Source: Candidatus Udaeobacter sp. (GTDB lineage Bacteria; Verrucomicrobiota; Verrucomicrobiia; Chthoniobacterales; UBA10450). From it: a stretch of DNA of 64,000 nt. Below the pieces are notes generated by a model. That model saw only the letters and a list, made by a program, of their open reading frames with translations, had not been told where the DNA came from and made no database searches. The DNA lies in the NCBI GenBank assembly GCA_035652195.1, contig DASREH010000135.1:31151-95150 (forward strand), written 5' to 3'. Made by a program: the position numbers and the translations under genes. Of this stretch, positions 45,623 through 54,089 are shown piece after piece. The first letter of the stretch is position 1, and every line of letters begins with the position of its first letter.

Positions 45623-47116
45623 TCAGTGCTGGTGTTCGCTCTTCGGGGGCTCGGGCGCGGCAGCTGCCGACGATTCGTTAGGCTTCGGGATCAGCGTCAT
45701 CCCGCAGATAGGGCATTTGCCCGGGTGCTCGTATTCAATCGAAGCATGCTCCGGCATCGGGCAGATGTAAGTGGATGATGGCTGGGGCGTAGGCGCGATT
45801 GCTTCAGGTTTTTCTTTCGCTTCGTGTCCTGCGTGCGTTTCTGTTTGCGGCGACATTTTGTGTCCTGTGTGCTCGCTGGGTTTTGCAAGCGCCGTCGGCT
45901 CGATCATTTTCTGAATCGCTTCCCGAAGCTGGCTTTCGGAATCGAGCATGAACTGGCCGCTCGTGACCACTCGCTCGCCTTCATTCAAACCGCTCAACAC
46001 CTGATAGAGATTGTTTTCCGAGCGCGGGCCGAGCGTAACCGTGCGCGGCTCGAACTTGCCGCCTTCGAGCGCCACGAAGACGGTTGTTTTCGCGCCGCTG
46101 CGCAAGATCGCGGTGTCAGGGACAAGCAGTGTCGAAGGCTCCAGCTCCGCTTCCAGTTCCACCGTCGCGAACATTCCCGGCTTAAGGAACAAACCGGGAT
46201 TGTGAAACTCCATTCGCACCTGCGCCGTGCGCGTCTTTTCATCAACAGTGGGATAAACGTAAGTGACGCGGCCGCGAAACTTCCGATCGGGCAAATAGGA
46301 AAGTGTGGCGACTGCTTCCTGGCCCAGCCGCACATAGGCGAGGTCTTGCTCGTAAATCTGCGATTGCAGCCAGACGATCGACAAATCAGCCAGCCGGTAG
46401 AGTTTCATGCCGGCTTCGACCATCTGGCCTTCCACGGCCATTTTCTCCAGCACTACGCCGTCGGCCGGCACTTTGACTTGCAACGTTTTGGTGCCTTTGC
46501 GGGTCTTTTCCAGCTCGGCAATTTGTTCGTCGGAAATGTCGAAATATTTGAGTCGCGTGAGCGCGCTCTGCTTCAAGTTTGCCGGGCCTTTGAGCGCGAG
46601 CAGGTACTCATTTTGCGCGCTGTAAAGATCGGGCGAGTAAATGTCGAAGAGCGGCTCGCCCTTTTTCACTTCCTTGCCGGTGGCATCGACATAGAGCTTC
46701 TCGATCCAGCCTTTGAATTTCGTGGTCACATCGGTCAACGCTGTCTCGTTAGGCTGGATGCGCCCCACGGTGCGCACGATGCGGCGCAGCGGCCCGCGCG
46801 TGACGGTACCGATGCGAACTCCCATGTTTTGGACCGTGACCGGATCGATGGAAATAATTGAGGTGTCGCCTGCCTCATCTTCATACACCGGCACCATGTC
46901 CATTCCCATGCTGTCCTTTTGCGGCGTCAGGCTGATCTGGCCAAGCATCATGGTGGACTTGTAGTATTTGATCTTGCGGCTGCCCTGCGCCTTGCCCGCA
47001 GCGGGAGAACCTGCCGCTGGACTGCGCGTTGGCTTTTTGCTCGCGAAATAAATCCCTGTCCCTCCACCGATGAGAGCGATGAGTGCCAGGACGATGACCA
47101 GTTTCTTGCGTTTCAT
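45623..47116 (-). CDS. cusB: RND periplasmic adaptor (CusB-like) with a C-terminal heavy-metal-binding domain
   Basis: 497 aa with an HlyD-like core. The C-terminus carries YICPMPEHASIEYEHPGKCPICGMTLIPK. Confidence 0.92.
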   Translation of the reverse strand: MKRKKLVIVLALIALIGGGTGIYFASKKPTRSPAAGSPAAGKAQGSRKIKYYKSTMMLGQISLTPQKDSMGMDMVPVYEDEAGDTSIISIDPVTVQNMGVRIGTVTRGPLRRIVRTVGRIQPNETALTDVTTKFKGWIEKLYVDATGKEVKKGEPLFDIYSPDLYSAQNEYLLALKGPANLKQSALTRLKYFDISDEQIAELEKTRKGTKTLQVKVPADGVVLEKMAVEGQMVEAGMKLYRLADLSIVWLQSQIYEQDLAYVRLGQEAVATLSYLPDRKFRGRVTYVYPTVDEKTRTAQVRMEFHNPGLFLKPGMFATVELEAELEPSTLLVPDTAILRSGAKTTVFVALEGGKFEPRTVTLGPRSENNLYQVLSGLNEGERVVTSGQFMLDSESQLREAIQKMIEPTALAKPSEHTGHKMSPQTETHAGHEAKEKPEAIAPTPQPSSTYICPMPEHASIEYEHPGKCPICGMTLIPKPNESSAAAAPEPPKSEHQH

Positions 47117-47118
47117 GC

Positions 47119-48414
47119 CTACTTAGTGGTTTTTTTTAAATCTTTGACCGTGGCGGCGCGCGCGCCGGAGAGTGGCGCGGCGGGATCGACGCCGATGATC
47201 GCGCGCAATTCGGCAATGGCAGTTTGGTGCTCGGCGAGGTTGTTCAGCGCGGCGGATTGCGCATCAAAAAAGTTGCGCCGCGCAGTGATCAGGTCCAGAA
47301 AGCTGCTCTTGTCCGATTCATAGCCGGCACGAGTTGCTTCGACGGCTTGCTTTGACAGCGGGACGATTTTGTTTTGAAACAGGGCGTAGTTGCTCGCGGC
47401 GGTGTCGATCCGCTGGAGCTGGCTCCGCACCAAGCCCAGCACCTCGACGCGAGCGCCTTCGAGATCGCGCTGCGCTTGCTCGACTCCGTTACGTGCTTCC
47501 GATACCCCGGCAGAGTACTTTCGAAAATTGACCCACGGCACGTTGAAGAAAACGCCCGTATCGTATTCCTGAATTACGCTGCTGGAGTCTTTGAACTCAC
47601 GCGCTCTGATTTGAACCTGAGGATCGGGAAACCATTGCCGGTGCGCGAGTTGAAGCCGGGCTTTGCCGGCATCCACCATTTTTCGCGCCTGCAACACTTC
47701 CGGCCGGCTCGCCAGCGAAAGCATCTCGACGGCTTGCGGCGACAACTCCAGCCCTCTGAACACAATTGCCGGCGGATGTGCGAGCGTCGCCGACGCAGGC
47801 CGGTCCATCAGCACGTTAAGTTCAGCCTGGCGGATGGTGATCTCCCGATCGAGGTTCGCCTCCGTTTCGCTCAGCCTTGCCAGGTCAGTCTGCGCGAGCA
47901 GAACGTCGGACTGGGTCTGCAAGCCCGCCTCGTATTTGACGCGGCTGATCTCAGCGAACTGCCGGAGCAACTCCTGATTTTCGTGCGTGATGTCGAGTTG
48001 CGCATACGCGTTGGCGAGGGCGAACCACGCCGTGCGCGCGCGCCGCAGCGCATCCAGTTCTGCCCGCCGCAATTCTTCAAACGCGGCTTCGGCCTCCGCG
48101 CTTGCTATGCGCCCGCGGCTCAAGTTTTTGCCGGATACGGGCACACTTTGAACGATCATGTATTCCACGTCGGAAAACGTTGCAAAACGTGTCGTGCCTG
48201 CGCGCTGAAAATCCGTACCAACCAGCGGGTCGTCCCAGGCGCGTTCCTGCGGCACGCGCTGCCGCCTGGCCTGCCATCTGGCGCGGGCGGCCTTGATTAC
48301 CGGATTATCACGCAGAACAGTGTTGACCACTTCGCTTTCTGAAAGCGTGTCGGCGACCGAGAAAACTGGGGCGCCGAGCAGTCCGGTCAGCGCAACCATG
48401 AGAATTCGCTTCAT
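47119..48414 (-). CDS. cusC: TolC-family outer membrane factor
   Basis: 431 aa with a signal peptide and OEP repeats. Its start overlaps the YHS gene stop (ATGA). Confidence 0.9.
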   Translation of the reverse strand: MKRILMVALTGLLGAPVFSVADTLSESEVVNTVLRDNPVIKAARARWQARRQRVPQERAWDDPLVGTDFQRAGTTRFATFSDVEYMIVQSVPVSGKNLSRGRIASAEAEAAFEELRRAELDALRRARTAWFALANAYAQLDITHENQELLRQFAEISRVKYEAGLQTQSDVLLAQTDLARLSETEANLDREITIRQAELNVLMDRPASATLAHPPAIVFRGLELSPQAVEMLSLASRPEVLQARKMVDAGKARLQLAHRQWFPDPQVQIRAREFKDSSSVIQEYDTGVFFNVPWVNFRKYSAGVSEARNGVEQAQRDLEGARVEVLGLVRSQLQRIDTAASNYALFQNKIVPLSKQAVEATRAGYESDKSSFLDLITARRNFFDAQSAALNNLAEHQTAIAELRAIIGVDPAAPLSGARAATVKDLKKTTK

Positions 48415-48650
48415 TGGTCGAAAGGCGAAAACGACCCCGGCGGCCGTTTGTCATCCGTGATTTTGCGTACCGCGCGGCGACGCAGGTACTTGGCCGGATC
48501 TTTCTCGAATGTTTCAAAACAGAGCGGGCAACAGAGCGCGATCATCTGGCCCTCGATGTTGAGATGGCTGAAGCCTTCGTTGTGTCCGACTGATTTGCCA
48601 CAAACGGCGCACTGCTCGTCCCACTTGAGCTCCGAATTTTTAGCTTCCAT
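48411..48650 (-). CDS. YHS/TRASH-type metal-binding zinc-finger domain protein
   Basis: 79 aa. The spacing in CAVCGKSV...(21)...CCPLCFETFEKDPAKY matches TRASH/YHS domains. Confidence 0.65.
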   Translation of the reverse strand: MEAKNSELKWDEQCAVCGKSVGHNEGFSHLNIEGQMIALCCPLCFETFEKDPAKYLRRRAVRKITDDKRPPGSFSPFDQ

Positions 48651-49014
48651 TGCTGATACTGGGTGGATGAAAATCCGCTGTGTCGGGAATCAGCTTGACG
48701 CACGTACAAAAGGGATTTGAACAGTTGCGGACTGGCGCTGTTGCGGGCTGAATGGCCTCAGCGACGATAGTTAGCCGGCGCTTCTCGAAGCTGGCAGCCG
48801 CATGCACGACAGTGAAGAAACGAAAGCGTTTGCCGATTCGCAGGGAAAGCTCACCCGAGGTGATGGCGCCAAAGTAGGAAATGTTGTCGGGCTCCAACTG
48901 CAGCACCCCGTTTGGCCACATAAATTCCACTGCCGAGACGCCGCCGGAAAAGACCTTGCCTTTTGGCGTCATCAGCCTGACAAAGAAATTCTTCGATGAA
49001 CGCGACCGCGCCAT
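48640..49014 (-). CDS. Small protein resembling the N-terminal beta-sandwich of F-ATPase subunit epsilon
   Basis: The start was reset to MARSRSS (ATG at 49014, 2 nt after the upstream stop). FVRLMTPKGKVFSGGVSAVEFMWPNGVLQLEPDNISYFGAITSGELSLRI...RLTIVAEAI follows the epsilon N-domain pattern. Confidence 0.45.
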   Translation of the reverse strand: MARSRSSKNFFVRLMTPKGKVFSGGVSAVEFMWPNGVLQLEPDNISYFGAITSGELSLRIGKRFRFFTVVHAAASFEKRRLTIVAEAIQPATAPVRNCSNPFCTCVKLIPDTADFHPPSISNGS

Positions 49015-49016
49015 TT

Positions 49017-49415
49017 CTACATACCTTTCGTCTTTTCGCCCGGATGGGTTGAGCAGCAGAACATCGACTTCGACCCGCACTTCGAACACGTGTGCGTGTA
49101 AGGGCCGCGAAAACCGACTCGACGATGCGAATACTGGTAGCTGCCGCCGCAGCCGGGACAGAGATGCTTTTTGTCCGGCTCGAACCAGGACATGAAGCCT
49201 TTCTTCTTGTCCACTTCCGCGACCTGCACAGTTTTGCACTTGATGCAGGTCATTGCGATTTTCGTTCCGGGTTTCAGTCCCTGCGCTTGCTCCCAGCTGG
49301 TGACTGGGATGTCGAAGTTCCAGCTACCCGATATTCCGGCGCGCGCTTGAATCGGGAGCGAGCAAAGTGCTGCTACTGCAAGCGCGAAGACTATCGATTT
49401 AATATGTGATTTCAT
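49017..49415 (-). CDS. Secreted Cys-rich protein (CxxC-knuckle family, paralog C)
   Basis: It has a signal peptide (ALAVAALCSLPIQARA). The Cys pattern is CIKC...CPGCGG...HTCSKCGS...CC, the same spacing logic as 38649-39503. Confidence 0.6.
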   Translation of the reverse strand: MKSHIKSIVFALAVAALCSLPIQARAGISGSWNFDIPVTSWEQAQGLKPGTKIAMTCIKCKTVQVAEVDKKKGFMSWFEPDKKHLCPGCGGSYQYSHRRVGFRGPYTHTCSKCGSKSMFCCSTHPGEKTKGM

Positions 49416-49765
49416 GATTTGCCTTTCTTGCTTCTAGTTTGTTGTGAGTCTTTCTCGCTTTCAGCCTCACGAAGGATGTGCGTACCCGCTACGCATCTAC
49501 GCGGAAATTCTGCGCAATTTTTCGGACACGCGGAGGATGTGCGAAAAAAGATCTTATCGCCGCGCTAAGAACAATGGTTGGCAGGTGGAAAGGCTGCAGA
49601 GATATTGAGCCCGGCGTCACCATCATTTGACCTCGCCCTGGGCAGAGGACGATGAGTCGCAGGACTAATTTCTCAAACGACCCGAGGTATCTGTAGCTGA
49701 GGCGGCTCGCTTTGCAGCTGATGTTTCTGATACGATTTATCGGATAACAGCAGCGGATTCGGGGG

Positions 49766-50761
49766 CTAACTGATGGGATACGTCGACAGCGCACGCGTGT
49801 ACTGGGCGCGCTCGAATGCGGTGGGGTTCGGGCAGTTTTTCTGACTCATGATGCCTTTGATTTGCTCCACCGATTCGTATTCGTGTTCTTCCATCCATTC
49901 CCGCATCTCGCGTTCGATCACGCGAATGTGATGGATACCGCGCCGCAGCAGGACTGAGCAAAGCATCGTGACATCCGCGCCCGCCATCAGCATTTTCAAC
50001 GCATCTGTGGCGTGATGAATACCGCTGGTCGCAGCCAGGTTTGCGCCAATCCGGCCATACAAAAGTGCAATCCACCGCATCGGCAGCCGCATCGCCATGG
50101 GCGTGCTGAGAAGCAGGTTGGGGCTGACCTCGAGCGTTTCCAGTTCGATGTCCGGCTGGTAAAAGCGGTTGAACAACACCAGCGCATTGGCGCCGTTTTG
50201 ATCGAGGCGCCGCGCAAATCGGGAAAGATTCGTGAAAAATGGGCTGAGCTTCACCGCCACCGGGATTTTCAACAGCCCTTTTATTGACGCGACAATCGTG
50301 AAGTAATCAGTCTCAATCTCGTCAGCTGTACGATCTGGATCGGTCGGCACCGCATAGATGTTCAGCTCGAGCGCATCCGCGCCAGCTTGTTCAATTTGGC
50401 GGGCGTACCGCTGCCAGCCGCCAAAGGTTGAGCCGTTCAGACTGCCGATGATTGGAATACGGACCGAAGCTTTTGCCTTCGCGATATGGCTGACATATGC
50501 CTCGGCGTTCACCTTGAAGACCGGCTCATCGGAAAAATTGGTGAGCGCGTCGGACGAAAATTGCCCGCCATTTCCAGAACGACGGCGCACCGGATAACTG
50601 CCTGGGCGAAGTTGTTCTTCAAAAAGCGAATGGAAGACCACGGCCGACGCACCGGCGTCTTCCATCCGCTTAATATTATCGAGATTTTCCGAAAGCGGTG
50701 ACGCCGACGGCACGAGCGGCGTCCGCAGTTTAAAGCCGAGATATGTAGTGGCCAATTTCAT
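49766..50761 (-). CDS. Dihydroorotate dehydrogenase-like (class 1 DHOD/DHPD family) TIM-barrel flavoprotein
   Basis: The start was reset to MKLATTYLGFKLRTPLVPSASPL. IGSLNG and LELNIY are consistent with the family. 331 aa. Confidence 0.85.
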   Translation of the reverse strand: MKLATTYLGFKLRTPLVPSASPLSENLDNIKRMEDAGASAVVFHSLFEEQLRPGSYPVRRRSGNGGQFSSDALTNFSDEPVFKVNAEAYVSHIAKAKASVRIPIIGSLNGSTFGGWQRYARQIEQAGADALELNIYAVPTDPDRTADEIETDYFTIVASIKGLLKIPVAVKLSPFFTNLSRFARRLDQNGANALVLFNRFYQPDIELETLEVSPNLLLSTPMAMRLPMRWIALLYGRIGANLAATSGIHHATDALKMLMAGADVTMLCSVLLRRGIHHIRVIEREMREWMEEHEYESVEQIKGIMSQKNCPNPTAFERAQYTRALSTYPIS

Positions 50762-51126
50762 GGGATTGCCTCCAGTGCTGATGGTAAAAGCATTCTTATT
50801 GCCGAAATCATAGCCGGCCCTCGCGTGCGGCGATGTACCGCGATTGCTTTTTACTATGCAGTTATTGCAGTAGCTAAAACGGACGATGAGCAAGCGTAGC
50901 TACGCTGCAATCAGCGACGCGCGGCCATGATAATCGAGGGTGCAGGGTGACTCTGGTTGAAATTCTGAGAAACCGTTGCTGGATAATGCCGCAAAACAAT
51001 TAAACGACGATCGTGATCTTTTCTGATCAACGAATCAGGGGTGCACAATTTTTGCAAAGAAAAAGCCAACCGATGTGGAGCACCTCATTTCGGGATTCGT
51101 AGCCTGAATATGTGAAAGGAGTAGTT

Positions 51127-51366
51127 ATGAAAACAGATACGGTTCTGACAATGAACGAAAATCTCAATATGTGTTGTGGCGTCACCGAGCAGGTGAATCC
51201 GCCGGCTGACAATGCGCGTCACATTCCAATAACGAGCAAAGGCGATATTGATCCCAGGAGCGAGGAGCACGGTTGCCGGTGCGACCGCTGGGGGCATCCG
51301 TGCACGGACTGTCTTGAAGAGCGGAAGCCCCGACTCTGCCCTGCGTCCGACGAGCTTTACCTGTAA
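51127..51366 (+). CDS. Hypothetical small Cys-rich protein (79 aa)
   Basis: The ATG at 51127 is preceded by AAGGAG. Contains MCCG...HGCRCDRWGHPCTDC...LC. I recognised no family. Confidence 0.4.
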   Translation: MKTDTVLTMNENLNMCCGVTEQVNPPADNARHIPITSKGDIDPRSEEHGCRCDRWGHPCTDCLEERKPRLCPASDELYL

Positions 51367-51385
51367 CACAAATGAGGTGAACAAA

Positions 51386-51478
51386 ATGGAATATGTGATT
51401 GCATTCAGCGTGGTCGCGATGATGGCGCTCTATGTGCTGATCATCGCGCGATGCTTGAGAGAACCTGAGTGGCAGTAA
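51386..51478 (+). CDS. Possible 30-aa single-TM micro-peptide (KdpF-like shape)
   Basis: Hand translation gives MEYVIAFSVVAMMALYVLIIARCLREPEWQ, preceded by GAGGTGA 5 nt upstream. Confidence 0.3.
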   Translation: MEYVIAFSVVAMMALYVLIIARCLREPEWQ

Positions 51479-51509
51479 ACTTTCGACAGCGAATGGCAAA
51501 CGGATATGA

Positions 51510-52406
51510 TTGCCATTCGTGAAGCTTGGCAACAAGCAGCTTGTCGAAAAGCTCACTCGATCCGCGATTTATCGCGATTATGTGCGCGCCTTCTCTGCGG
51601 CAACCGGTATGCCACTGGCACTGCGAGCAGTCGAACATTGGCAGCCGGCTTTGAAGGGCGTGCCGGACGAAAATCCATTTTGCGAATTGATGGCGCGTTC
51701 GAATCGTGTTTGTGCTGCGTGTCTTGAAGTGCAGCGGAAGCTTACTGAAAAAACCGGAGACCGTTCGCGCACGGTGACCTGCTTCGCCGGACTTTCCGAT
51801 AGCGCCGTGCCGATTCGGGTGGGCGACCAATTGATCGGCTTTTTGCAAACCGGGCAGGTCCTGCTCAAACAACCGGACAAGTTTCGGTTTGATCGCGTAG
51901 CGAAACAATTGGTTAACTGGGGAGTAGAAGTTGATCTGAGCAAAGCGCGTGAAGCTTACTTTCACACCAAGGTACTGACGAAGAAGCAATACCGGGCGAT
52001 GTTGCGGCTGCTCGAAATCTTCGGGCGACACCTCTCAATCCTGAGCAATCAGCTCGCAGTCGAAAATTCAAGCGCCGAGCCGCTGGCAGTCACGCGCGCG
52101 AAACAGTTCATTGCTCGAAATCAGGACAACGCGATCTGCCTGGCCACCGTCGCGAAAGCAGTGAATACAAGCACATTTTACTTTTGCAAACTCTTCAAGC
52201 GCGCGACCGGCCTCACCTTAACCGATTACCTCGCCCGGGTGCGAATCGAGAAAGCCAAGAACCTGCTGCTTGATCGGAATCGTCGCATCAGCGAGGTCGC
52301 CTACGATGTCGGTTTCCAATCGCTCACGCATTTCAATCGCGTTTTTCGGAAGATCGTCGGTGCATCGCCCAGCAGCTATCGCCAATCATCTTCCAAGCTT
52401 GCATAG
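51510..52406 (+). CDS. AraC-family transcriptional regulator with an N-terminal PocR sensory domain
   Basis: FCELMARSNRVCAACLEVQ...CFAGLSDSAVPIRVGDQLIGFLQTGQV is the PocR pattern. The C-terminus has an HTH_AraC region (ISEVAYDVGFQSLTHFNRVFRK). The TTG start is uncertain. Confidence 0.85.
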   Translation: MPFVKLGNKQLVEKLTRSAIYRDYVRAFSAATGMPLALRAVEHWQPALKGVPDENPFCELMARSNRVCAACLEVQRKLTEKTGDRSRTVTCFAGLSDSAVPIRVGDQLIGFLQTGQVLLKQPDKFRFDRVAKQLVNWGVEVDLSKAREAYFHTKVLTKKQYRAMLRLLEIFGRHLSILSNQLAVENSSAEPLAVTRAKQFIARNQDNAICLATVAKAVNTSTFYFCKLFKRATGLTLTDYLARVRIEKAKNLLLDRNRRISEVAYDVGFQSLTHFNRVFRKIVGASPSSYRQSSSKLA

Positions 52407-52424
52407 TGGCGACCTCAAAGCGCC

Positions 52425-53564
52425 ATGAGCGCGAAAGATCACATCTTTACCATTGGGATCGAGGAGGAATTTCAGATCCTTGACCCGGAGACGCGGGAAC
52501 TTCGTTCGCATATCCAACAAATTCTGGCCGGCGGTAAAATGATTTTGAAGGAACACGTCAAGCCAGAGATGCATCAATCCGTCGTTGAGCTTGGCACGGA
52601 GATCTGCAACGACGCGCGCTGCGCGAGACAACAAGTTGTCGACCTTCGAAGCGAGCTGGCCAGGCTCGCAGCGCAAGATGGATTAAGAATCGCCTCCGCT
52701 GGCACCCATCCATTTTCGCATTGGATGGATCAACTGATCACGCTGGATGAACGCTACGCAACCATCGTGAAAGACATGCAACAAATCGCGCGGGCGAATT
52801 TGATCTTCGGCTTACACGTGCACGTGGGAATTCCAGATCGCGACGAAGCGATCGACATCATGAACCAGGCTCGCTATTTCTTGCCGCACCTTTACGCGCT
52901 CTCGGTCAATTCGCCGTTCTGGTTAGGCCAAAACACTGGGCTGAAAGCATATCGGCAGATGATCTTCGAGCGCTTCCCACGCACCGGTATTCCCGACGCA
53001 TTCGAAAGCCTCAGCGAGTACGAAGATTACCTGAAGCTGCTCGTGGCCACCGGTTGCATCGACAACGCAAAAAAAATCTGGTGGGACATCCGGCTCCATC
53101 CCTTCTTCAACACCATCGAGTTCCGCATTTGCGACGCGCAATCGCGCGTGGACGACACCATCGCGCTGGCTGCTTTGATGCAAGCGATCGTCCTGAAATT
53201 GCACAAGCTACGGCGGCAGAACGTTACTTTTCGCAGTTATCCACGTCGTTTAGTCGACGAAAACAAGTGGCGTGCTGCGCGCTACGGACTGGATGGGAAA
53301 TTGATCGACTTTGGCCGCAAGTGCGAAATGGATGAACGCGAATTGCTCCACGAAATGCTGGACTTTATCGCCACGGAAGTGGAGGAGCTGGGCAGCCACG
53401 CAGAAGTGGCGCACATCGAGAACATCATACGCGAAGGCACGGGCGCGGACCGACAACTCATGGTGTGGGAACGCACTCAAGATATGAAGGCCGTCGTTGA
53501 TCAAATCATCGCGGAAACAAACGAAGGCTTGGCGCAGCTGTGCGAGGGGCACGCAACGACGTGA
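52425..53564 (+). CDS. ybdK: Carboxylate-amine ligase, YbdK / glutamate-cysteine ligase family 2
   Basis: 379 aa. Contains FTIGIEEEFQILD, GTHPF and HVHVG, which are hallmarks of GCS2. Confidence 0.9.
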   Translation: MSAKDHIFTIGIEEEFQILDPETRELRSHIQQILAGGKMILKEHVKPEMHQSVVELGTEICNDARCARQQVVDLRSELARLAAQDGLRIASAGTHPFSHWMDQLITLDERYATIVKDMQQIARANLIFGLHVHVGIPDRDEAIDIMNQARYFLPHLYALSVNSPFWLGQNTGLKAYRQMIFERFPRTGIPDAFESLSEYEDYLKLLVATGCIDNAKKIWWDIRLHPFFNTIEFRICDAQSRVDDTIALAALMQAIVLKLHKLRRQNVTFRSYPRRLVDENKWRAARYGLDGKLIDFGRKCEMDERELLHEMLDFIATEVEELGSHAEVAHIENIIREGTGADRQLMVWERTQDMKAVVDQIIAETNEGLAQLCEGHATT

Positions 53565-53773
53565 GGAAGCAATTCGATCAGCCGCCGTGGCCAAGCCGAT
53601 CGTTACTTTCTGTGCCATAAGAATGTGCGCAGCTCAGCAATTCGGGCCGACACTCGCCTGCGGAATAGCTGACGCAGTGCACTTGCGATCTTCTCCGAAA
53701 GTGGAGACGCTGAGGGAACCAGCGGCGAGCGGAGAGACAGTCCGAGATAGTTTGTGGTCAGATCCACGGGCGG

Positions 53774-54076
53774 TTAGTTACTACTCTTCAGGAACTCAAG
53801 GATCTTTTTGTACTCGTCGGCGGTGAGGTTAGCGCGCACGCGCATGTGCTGCATCGCTACTCCCCATTCGGCATCGCTGTAAATTGAAGGCGAGCGCATG
53901 TTGTGACAGCGCGCACAATTTTCGCCCCAAAGTTGCGCACCACCCTTTGCCAGCGGTGCAACTTCTGCCGTTGCTTGTCCGCCCGGTTTTTCGCTTGTCT
54001 TACAACTGACAATGACAATGAGAGCAGGGACAACTAACAGGGCCGTCGTTTGAGCAATTCTTTTCATGCGTGTCAT
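53774..54076 (-). CDS. Small monoheme c-type cytochrome (lipoprotein-like)
   Basis: The start was reset to MTRMKRIAQTTALLVVPALIVIVSC. It has one CxxCH (CARCH) and a distal Met candidate. Confidence 0.72.
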   Translation of the reverse strand: MTRMKRIAQTTALLVVPALIVIVSCKTSEKPGGQATAEVAPLAKGGAQLWGENCARCHNMRSPSIYSDAEWGVAMQHMRVRANLTADEYKKILEFLKSSN

Positions 54077-54089
54077 AGTTGGGTCCTTT

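Noticed and set aside
49489-49794. A 101-aa ORF, with the overlapping ORF at 49737-50075, in the gap between RND operon 3 and the DHOD-like gene.
   Set aside because: Its composition is Arg/Cys/Ser-rich and it overlaps the 3' end of the DHOD-like gene. It has no motifs. The region more likely holds the promoter or leader of the 49415 operon.
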